A DNA stretch of 24,000 nt, from the NCBI GenBank assembly GCA_965267425.1, contig OZ253959.1, positions 3,137,836 to 3,161,835 on the forward strand, read 5' to 3'. Position numbers and translations under genes: made by a program. The stretch is from Vicingaceae bacterium (GTDB lineage: Bacteria; Bacteroidota; Bacteroidia; Flavobacteriales_E; Vicingaceae). The notes under the pieces are model-generated. The model saw only the letters and a program-made list of their open reading frames with translations, searched no databases and had not been told where the DNA came from. Positions 17,378-24,000 of this stretch are shown here, piece after piece (the stretch's first letter is position 1; every line of letters begins with the position of its first letter).

Positions 17378-17791
17378 TTAGCAATACTCGTTAAATGCTG
17401 CTTTCAAATTATCCGATACCATGTCTGCCGTACTTCCTTCAATGTGATGACGCTCAATGAAATGAACCAACTTTCCATCTTTAAACAGCCCAATGGCGGG
17501 AGAAGATGGAGGGTAAGGCAACATGTATTTTCTTGCTTGTTCCGTAGCTTCAGTATCAACACCTGCAAATACAGTCGTCAATTTTCCTGGAACCTTATCA
17601 TTGCTAAGTGAATTTAAGACAGCTGGTCGAGCGCTGCCCGCAGCACATCCGCAAACAGAATTGACAACTACAAGTACAGTACCGTTATCCGGATTCATCA
17701 TCTCATCAACTTCTGACGCATTGGTCAATTCACTGAATCCTACTGACGTAAGCTCCTCTTTCATTGGAGCAACTAATTCTGGTGGGTACAT
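17378..17791 (-). CDS. BrxA/BrxB family bacilliredoxin (YphP/YqiW)
   Basis: MYPPELVAPMKEELTSVGFSELTNASEVDEMMN...LVVVNSVCGCAAGSARPAV...FAGVDTEATEQARKYM: full-length family signature with CGC active site. Confidence 0.95.
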   Translation of the reverse strand: MYPPELVAPMKEELTSVGFSELTNASEVDEMMNPDNGTVLVVVNSVCGCAAGSARPAVLNSLSNDKVPGKLTTVFAGVDTEATEQARKYMLPYPPSSPAIGLFKDGKLVHFIERHHIEGSTADMVSDNLKAAFNEYC

Positions 17792-17819
17792 CTGATTTAT
17801 CGTTTAGGTTATGTTCGCA

Positions 17820-17827
17820 CAAAAATA
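17820..17827 (-). promoter_or_regulatory. Candidate Bacteroidota -7 element (TATTTTTG on minus strand) ahead of the bacilliredoxin gene
   Basis: Plus-strand CAAAAATA matches CAAAnnTA, about 29 bp upstream of ATG 17791. No convincing -33 partner. Confidence 0.3.
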
Positions 17828-17845
17828 CGCAATCTTTAAATCCAT

Positions 17846-18301
17846 TTATCTTTTGGCTTCAAAGAATCGTTTCATCAATTCACCGCATTCTTCTTTCAAA
17901 ACACCCCCTTTAACTATCGTTTTTGGGTGCAATGCGTGCTTATCCGTAAATTTTCTATATCCCCTTTTGGGATCTGGCGCGCCATAGACAACACGGCCAA
18001 TTCTTGTCCAGTAAGCAGCACCGGCGCACATCATACAGGGTTCCAATGTCACATACAAGGAGCATTCTTGTAAAAACTTCCCTCCCAAATAATCTGACGC
18101 TGCTGTAAAAGCCTGCATTTCAGCATGAGCTGTAACATCTGTTAACCGTTCAGTTAAATTATGGGCCCTGGCAATGATTTGATCATCACAAACAATCACA
18201 GCACCCACCGGCACCTCATCCAATTCAAAGGCCTTAACCGCTTCTTTGAGCGCTTCTTTCATATAAGCTTCTTCACTTTTTCCTTTGATCATTGAAAGCA
18301 T
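17846..18301 (-). CDS. tadA: Nucleoside deaminase, probable tRNA adenosine(34) deaminase TadA
   Basis: Zinc motifs TAHAEMQAF and TLEPCMMCAGA; EVPVGAVIV; YGAPDPKRG. Confidence 0.85.
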   Translation of the reverse strand: MLSMIKGKSEEAYMKEALKEAVKAFELDEVPVGAVIVCDDQIIARAHNLTERLTDVTAHAEMQAFTAASDYLGGKFLQECSLYVTLEPCMMCAGAAYWTRIGRVVYGAPDPKRGYRKFTDKHALHPKTIVKGGVLKEECGELMKRFFEAKR

Positions 18302-18343
18302 TTTTCATCCTGTAAATATATCTTATTACATTTAACACATTAG

Positions 18344-19087
18344 ATGGCGCGCATCTTATTCTTTTGTTTGATTATTACATTGTTTGCAGGTATTTCAAAG
18401 AGTCAGGATTTACCCGTGGCATCTCCTTTGGCCTCAGATAAAGGTATCGCTCTGAGGTTTTCAATTGGTTCCGCCAATACCCATTGGCATCATGCATTTC
18501 CTGACAATTATCCATTGGACAGTTTGGGCATACAAACAGATGATGGTGTGACTTTTTACAACAAGGGAACGGAGAATCATTTTTTGTTCGAATTTTTATT
18601 TACCAGACGTTGGGGAAATATGGGGCTGGGATTCAGAGCAAGCCGCATGCGAATAGATTCACTTGAAGAAGTGGTCAATGATACAACTTTGAAGTTCAGC
18701 TACGTTGAAGATTCCTATGATTTTAATCGAATTTATCTCACTTATATTTCACCCTATTTCATAGAAGATAAAGAGAACAAAATTAAAATTGCGGCACAAG
18801 CCAATCTGGGTACATTCATCATTTCTCCTTTTACTCCAGGCCTGGTTGCCAGGGGTAATCTTACCACTTCAATAGGCCCGGTAATTGACATTGAACTTAC
18901 CCAACATGCCGATATTTATTTCTTATTCAATTATGAATTTCGATACTTCAATAACCAAACCAATGAAAACAATGTAGTTTTCCAGTTTGACAATTTTATG
19001 CATACGCTCGCATTCAGTTTTGGAGTCCATTTTAAACTTTTCCAAAACCAACCAGTAGCTCCTAAAAAGGACAAGCGTTTTAATTAG
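18344..19087 (+). CDS. Exported protein of unknown function, probable outer-membrane beta-barrel
   Basis: Signal peptide ARILFFCLIITLFAGISKSQ; alternating amphipathic strands, e.g. HADIYFLFNYEFRYFNNQ... and HTLAFSFGVHFKLF. Confidence 0.6.
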   Translation: MARILFFCLIITLFAGISKSQDLPVASPLASDKGIALRFSIGSANTHWHHAFPDNYPLDSLGIQTDDGVTFYNKGTENHFLFEFLFTRRWGNMGLGFRASRMRIDSLEEVVNDTTLKFSYVEDSYDFNRIYLTYISPYFIEDKENKIKIAAQANLGTFIISPFTPGLVARGNLTTSIGPVIDIELTQHADIYFLFNYEFRYFNNQTNENNVVFQFDNFMHTLAFSFGVHFKLFQNQPVAPKKDKRFN

Positions 19088-19107
19088 TCATAATGTGCTA
19101 GTTTTTC

Positions 19108-19115
19108 TACTTTTG
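19108..19115 (+). promoter_or_regulatory. Candidate -7 promoter element (TACTTTTG) for aspS
   Basis: Matches TAnnTTTG, 25 bp upstream of ATG 19141. The -33 element is not obvious. Confidence 0.4.
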
Positions 19116-19140
19116 CACATCATTTAAAATGCCATATAAC

Positions 19141-20883
19141 ATGTACAGAACGCATACATGCGGTCAATTGAACATCGCGGATAAAGGAACGGAAGTTGAA
19201 CTCTGTGGTTGGGTTCAAAAATCAAGAGATTTGGGAGGAATGACCTTTATCGATCTGCGTGATAGATATGGCATTACTCAGTTGGTTTTTAATATGGAAA
19301 TCAACGAAAATCTTTGTTTGCAAGCCAGAAAATTGGGGCGTGAGTATGTGATCAAAATCAAAGGTCAGGTAGCTGAAAGAGAAAGTAAAAACAAGCATCT
19401 GGCCACCGGTGAAATTGAAATTATGGTTTCTTCACTTGATGTATTGACCTCTTCGGAATTACCTCCTTTTACAATTGAAGAAAATACAGATGGTGGAGAG
19501 GAATTGAGAATGAAGTACCGATACCTTGATTTGAGAAGAACTCCATTGCAAAACAATTTGAAACTTCGTCATAATCTTGTCAAAGGAATTCGTAATTATC
19601 TGGATGGGCAGGGATTTTTGGAAATCGAAACCCCGTATTTGATCAAATCTACTCCAGAAGGAGCAAGAGATTTCATAGTTCCGTCAAGAATTCATGAAGG
19701 TGAATTTTATGCCCTGCCACAGTCGCCGCAGACTTTTAAGCAATTACTGATGGTCTCTGGTTACGACAAATATTTTCAGGTGGTAAAATGTTTTAGAGAT
19801 GAAGATTTAAGAGCAGATCGTCAACCGGAATTTACACAGATTGATTGTGAAATGTCCTTTGTTGAACGCAATGATGTGTTGGACACTTTTGAAGGGCTCA
19901 TCAAGTTTCTGTTTAAAGAAGTAAAAAATATAGATCTCCCTGATTTTCCGGTAATGAGTTATCAAGAAGCCATGGAAAATTACGGATCGGACAAGCCGGA
20001 TATCCGCTTTGAAATGAAAATTAAAGACCTGTCCGATTTATCAAAAGGCAAGGGGTTTAACGTGTTTGATGGGGCGGAATACATAGGTGGAATTTGCGTC
20101 AAAGGAGCTGGAAATTACAGTCGAAAACAATTGGACTCACTTACGGACTTTGTAAAAAAACCTCAGATCGGGGCCAAAGGATTGGTTTATGTGAAGTACA
20201 ATGAAGATGGAAGCTTCAAATCATCCGTAGACAAATTTTTTGGTGCAGATGACTTTTCCGAATGGTTTAATGCATTTGGAGGAGAAACGGGTGACCTGTT
20301 GCTGATGATTAGCGGTGATAAACCCCATAGTTTACAGGTATTAAATGAGTTACGATTGGAGATGGCCAAACAAATGGAATTGATTCAGCCAGGAGATTTC
20401 AAACCACTTTGGGTAGTCGATTTTCCTTTGTTGGAATGGGATGAAGATTCCAAACGATTTCATGCCATGCATCATCCATTTACTTCTCCCAAAGAAGAAG
20501 ATAAGTCAAATATGGAAGACCATCCAGGTGATATACGAGCAAACGCATATGATTTGGTCATCAATGGAATGGAAATCGGAGGAGGCTCTATTCGTATTCA
20601 CGATAGAAAGTTGCAGGAAAAGATGTTTGACCTACTTGGTTTCACCAAAGAAGAAGCGCAAGAACAATTTGGATTCTTGATGGATGCTTTCACATATGGT
20701 GCTCCACCCCATGGAGGTATCGCTCTTGGGTTTGATAGATTGTGTGCCATATTTGGAGAAAGTGATTCAATCCGTGATTTTATCGCCTTTCCTAAAAACA
20801 ATGCTGCCAGGGATGTAATGATAGATGCTCCTGCCAGTGTTGATCGTAATCAGCTGGATGAATTGGGCATCGTCAAGAAGTAA
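19141..20883 (+). CDS. aspS: Aspartate--tRNA ligase
   Basis: [10 protein letters not shown]...[69 protein letters not shown]. Start may be ATG 19129 or 19141. Confidence 0.97.
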   Translation: MYRTHTCGQLNIADKGTEVELCGWVQKSRDLGGMTFIDLRDRYGITQLVFNMEINENLCLQARKLGREYVIKIKGQVAERESKNKHLATGEIEIMVSSLDVLTSSELPPFTIEENTDGGEELRMKYRYLDLRRTPLQNNLKLRHNLVKGIRNYLDGQGFLEIETPYLIKSTPEGARDFIVPSRIHEGEFYALPQSPQTFKQLLMVSGYDKYFQVVKCFRDEDLRADRQPEFTQIDCEMSFVERNDVLDTFEGLIKFLFKEVKNIDLPDFPVMSYQEAMENYGSDKPDIRFEMKIKDLSDLSKGKGFNVFDGAEYIGGICVKGAGNYSRKQLDSLTDFVKKPQIGAKGLVYVKYNEDGSFKSSVDKFFGADDFSEWFNAFGGETGDLLLMISGDKPHSLQVLNELRLEMAKQMELIQPGDFKPLWVVDFPLLEWDEDSKRFHAMHHPFTSPKEEDKSNMEDHPGDIRANAYDLVINGMEIGGGSIRIHDRKLQEKMFDLLGFTKEEAQEQFGFLMDAFTYGAPPHGGIALGFDRLCAIFGESDSIRDFIAFPKNNAARDVMIDAPASVDRNQLDELGIVKK

Positions 20884-22102
20884 CACTTGTAGACGTCAAG
20901 TTTGATTTGGATATCAATATTCTTATTGGAAAGTAAGAAGCTATTAGTCCAATGACAAATACCATGGTAAAAATGGCTACAAAATCAAGCCATTGCATTC
21001 TAACAGGATAAAATTCCACAATGCCTCCCTCCAATCGAACGAGGCCGTAATGTTGCTGTATCAAGCATAAGGCCACCCCAAGAATTACCCCTATCATTAC
21101 TCCAATGAAATTGATCATAAGTCCTTCGTAGAGAAAAATGCGAAAGATGCTCTTGTCCGAAGCTCCCAAAGCGCTCAATATCTTGGTATCTTCTTTTTTG
21201 TCAATGATCAGCATGGTCAACGAACCCACAATGTTAAATGCCGCTATCAATAAAATAAACCCAAGAATAAGCACGGTAATCCACTTTTCGGTTTGATTCG
21301 TTTTATAGATGATTTCGTTGAGTTGGAATTGCGTGCGAACTACAAAATTGTCTCCCAGTTTTTCCTTGGCCATTGACGCAAAATCATCCAGTGAAACCTT
21401 GTTTTTTAGCTTAATCTCCAAAGCAGATACCATCTTTTCATGATCAAACAATTTCCTTGAAAATTCAATGGGTACAATGATGTATTTTCCATCAAAATCA
21501 GGGTTGATCATAAAAATTCCTGAAGGGGTGATGGGTTGGATTTTAAACGCTTTGGAAGGATCTATGTTAACGGAATTGGTTTTTTTTGGCGCGTACATAT
21601 TGATGGGATCAATGGATCTGCCCACATACAGGGAAAGATTATGTGCAATTCCATATCCAACAATGGCCATATCAGCCCCTCCTCTTTGCAGTTCAGCTTT
21701 CCCATCAACCATAATACTGTCCAGGTTACTCATGGACAAAAAGGATTCCTGCACTCCTTTAATTTTTGCAGGAGATTGTTTTCCATCATAACTCAACAAT
21801 GCCAAATCCTCCAGTACCTCTGAATATTCGAGAATGTCATCCGATGCCAGTAATTCTTCTATGGCCGTTTGATTGGGATCATAATACTTTCCTTTTGCCG
21901 GAGTAATACTAATGTCCGGATCAAATGAATCGTACATGGATTCCACAATTTCCTGCAAGCCATTAAATGCGGACAAAATAATGACCAATGCAAAAGAAAC
22001 AAGTGCAATGCTAATGATGGAAATCCATGAAATGATGTTGATTACATTCCATGATTTTTTGGAAGTCAAATACCTGCCAGAAACAAATAATGGGAAATTC
22101 AA
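20873..22102 (-). CDS. FtsX-like ABC transporter permease (LolC/LolE-like)
   Basis: N-terminal [50 protein letters not shown] and three C-terminal TM helices. 3' end overlaps aspS by 11 nt. Confidence 0.88.
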   Translation of the reverse strand: MNFPLFVSGRYLTSKKSWNVINIISWISIISIALVSFALVIILSAFNGLQEIVESMYDSFDPDISITPAKGKYYDPNQTAIEELLASDDILEYSEVLEDLALLSYDGKQSPAKIKGVQESFLSMSNLDSIMVDGKAELQRGGADMAIVGYGIAHNLSLYVGRSIDPINMYAPKKTNSVNIDPSKAFKIQPITPSGIFMINPDFDGKYIIVPIEFSRKLFDHEKMVSALEIKLKNKVSLDDFASMAKEKLGDNFVVRTQFQLNEIIYKTNQTEKWITVLILGFILLIAAFNIVGSLTMLIIDKKEDTKILSALGASDKSIFRIFLYEGLMINFIGVMIGVILGVALCLIQQHYGLVRLEGGIVEFYPVRMQWLDFVAIFTMVFVIGLIASYFPIRILISKSNLTSTSVTS

Positions 22103-22138
22103 AATCTCGAAACTTTCGTCAGGTTGTTGGATTTAAGG

Positions 22139-22495
22139 TCACTTCTTCAAAAGAGATTCTATTTCATCAACGTAATCCAGGGAATCATCAACAAAAAATT
22201 GCAATTCCGGAATATGTCTCAATTGATTGTGCGTGTAGTTGCCAAATCTTCTACGAATATCGCCTCCCATTTTTCTCACCTCTTCAATAACTTCTTTCGG
22301 TTCACCTGACCCAAAAATACTGAGGTATACTTTTGCCAAGCCTAAATCAGGGGTGATGCGCACTTTCGTAACAGTGATCATGCTACCTGCAAATAAATTT
22401 CTCAAGTCATTCTGAAATATTCCACCCAATTCTTTCTGAACCAGCCGAGCGACTTTTTGCTGACGAATAGACTCCATGATTGGTAATTTAGACAA
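22139..22495 (-). CDS. rbfA: 30S ribosome-binding factor A
   Basis: SIRQQKVARLVQKELGGIFQ...MITVTKVRITPDLGLAKVYLSIF...LRHIPELQFFVDDSLDYVDEIESLL. Start could be 22477 (MESIRQ). Confidence 0.93.
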   Translation of the reverse strand: MSKLPIMESIRQQKVARLVQKELGGIFQNDLRNLFAGSMITVTKVRITPDLGLAKVYLSIFGSGEPKEVIEEVRKMGGDIRRRFGNYTHNQLRHIPELQFFVDDSLDYVDEIESLLKK

Positions 22496-22535
22496 AACTA
22501 CGCTTAAAATGAATTTCAGCCCGTATTATTTCCTG

Positions 22536-22543
22536 TATATTTG
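22536..22543 (+). promoter_or_regulatory. Candidate -7 promoter element (TATATTTG) for the MsbA-like exporter
   Basis: Matches TAnnTTTG, 32 bp upstream of ATG 22576. No clear -33 TTTG. Confidence 0.4.
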
Positions 22544-22575
22544 CCGCGCAATCCAATTCATTGGATTTTCAAGGA

Positions 22576-24000
22576 ATGAAGGCCCTCAAGAAAATATTGT
22601 CGTATGTCAAAGGGTACAAAAGTTATGGGCTTTTGGCTGCACTGTTTTACTTACTGGATTCTATATTTAACCTTGCCTCCCTCATTATTTTTATTCCACT
22701 TCTTGATCTGCTATTCACCAAAAATGTCTCATATAATCTGACCAAACCGGATTTTGAACTGAGTAAAAAATTCTTCACAGACAGCTTTGATTACTACATG
22801 AGTTCGTATTTGAGCAGTGAAGATGATAAAATTGGGGCACTGATCTTCATTTGTTTGGTGGTAGGTGTATTGTTCTTTCTCAAAAATTTTTCGAGATACT
22901 TTGCCAAGTTTTTTCTTGCCAAATTAAGGAGTGGTGTGGTTCGAGATATTCGAATTTCATTGTTTGGCAAACTGTTGGTTTTACCCATCTCCTTCTACAG
23001 TGAAAAACGAAAAGGAGATATAACAACCCGTCTGACAGGAGATATTCAGGAGATAGAATGGTCCATTATGAATTCTTTGGAAATGATTTTCCGAGAACCT
23101 GCGTTGATTGTCTTGACGTTTGTGATGCTTTTAATTATCAGTGTAAAATTGACCTTGTTCGCTATCTTTTTCCTTCCTGTAAGTGGAATTATCATTGGAC
23201 GAGTGGGAAAAAGTTTGAAGAAAACTTCTGATAGCATGCAGCATAAATCAGGACTGATTATGAGTGCCGTGGATGAAACCATTGGTGGCCTTAGAATTGT
23301 GAAAGCATTTAACGCTGAAGGAAGAGTTTACAAGAAATTTGAAGAGCTGAATAATAGCTTCCGAAAAACCATGTCTCACATGCTTTACCGAAGAGAGTTG
23401 GCGTCTCCTATGAGTGAATTTCTTGGTGCGTTGGTCATGATAACCTTAGCATGGTACGGTGGAAGTATTGTTCTTGAAAACCAAATGCGTGAAATCCCGG
23501 ACCCAAATATCATGACAGGATCACAGTTCATTGGTTATATCATTATGTTTTCACAATTGATCAGTCCCATTAAATCGTTGACCACATCGTATTACAATTT
23601 GCAAAAAGGTGCGGCGTCTGTAGATAGAATCAACGAAATTCTGAACACTGAAAATTCAATTAGCAATAAACCAGACGCCAAGGACATAAAAACATTTAAT
23701 GACGGCATACATTACAAGGATGTGTCATTTGCATACAATGAAGACAAGCAAGTTTTGGGAGGCATTGATCTTGAGGTGAAAAAAGGGAAAATTGTTGCTC
23801 TTGTCGGACCTTCCGGAGGCGGCAAATCCACAATGGTTGATTTGCTCCCACGTTTTTATGATGTGGTTAAAGGAGAATTGATCATTGATGGACATTCTGT
23901 AAAAGACTACAAACTAGATGATTTGCGAGGTCTGATGGGCGTGGTCACACAGGAATCCATTCTTTTCAATGATACAGTTCACAATAATATCGCATTTGGT
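22576..24000 (+). CDS. ABC transporter permease/ATP-binding exporter, MsbA-like (3' end beyond window)
   Basis: Frame open from ATG 22576 (MKALKKILSYVKGYKSYGLL...) to the window end, so absent from the track. Six-TM-type N-terminus, then Walker A GPSGGGKST (23806-23832) and the start of the Q-loop (GVVTQESILFNDTV). Confidence 0.92.
   Translation, partial: MKALKKILSYVKGYKSYGLLAALFYLLDSIFNLASLIIFIPLLDLLFTKNVSYNLTKPDFELSKKFFTDSFDYYMSSYLSSEDDKIGALIFICLVVGVLFFLKNFSRYFAKFFLAKLRSGVVRDIRISLFGKLLVLPISFYSEKRKGDITTRLTGDIQEIEWSIMNSLEMIFREPALIVLTFVMLLIISVKLTLFAIFFLPVSGIIIGRVGKSLKKTSDSMQHKSGLIMSAVDETIGGLRIVKAFNAEGRVYKKFEELNNSFRKTMSHMLYRRELASPMSEFLGALVMITLAWYGGSIVLENQMREIPDPNIMTGSQFIGYIIMFSQLISPIKSLTTSYYNLQKGAASVDRINEILNTENSISNKPDAKDIKTFNDGIHYKDVSFAYNEDKQVLGGIDLEVKKGKIVALVGPSGGGKSTMVDLLPRFYDVVKGELIIDGHSVKDYKLDDLRGLMGVVTQESILFNDTVHNNIAFG

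Noticed and set aside
1-24000. CRISPR, phage, transposon or defence-island content
   Set aside because: No direct-repeat/spacer arrays, integrase or transposase motifs, or terminal inverted repeats seen. Repetition in the window is protein-level modular repetition in T9SS cargo genes.

Overview
AT-rich Bacteroidota (Flavobacteriales/Crocinitomicaceae-like) chromosomal segment, densely coding, with no RNA genes, CRISPR arrays or mobile elements that I can support. Left third: type IX secretion (T9SS) surface-protein genes. These are two gliding-motility-type (type B) CTD proteins, one of them 1593 aa with PKD-like repeats and three interleaved copies of a ~150-190 aa module, plus a PorP/SprF-like protein and a Cys-motif lipoprotein. 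Middle: a minus-strand methionine/glutamine-type aminotransferase + omega-amidase-like pair, then the most interesting block, a tightly packed plus-strand probable arsenosugar biosynthesis operon (10386-14917). It holds a DUF547 protein, an AhpD-like peroxidase-like protein, an ArsS-type radical SAM protein, a TIGR04282-type glycosyltransferase, a purine nucleoside phosphorylase and an ArsM-type methyltransferase. Right third: a secreted esterase-like T9SS protein, a bacilliredoxin, a TadA-like deaminase, aspS, a LolC/E-like permease, rbfA, and a 5' fragment of an MsbA-like ABC exporter running off the window. All assignments come from reading motifs in the sequence; no database search was run.
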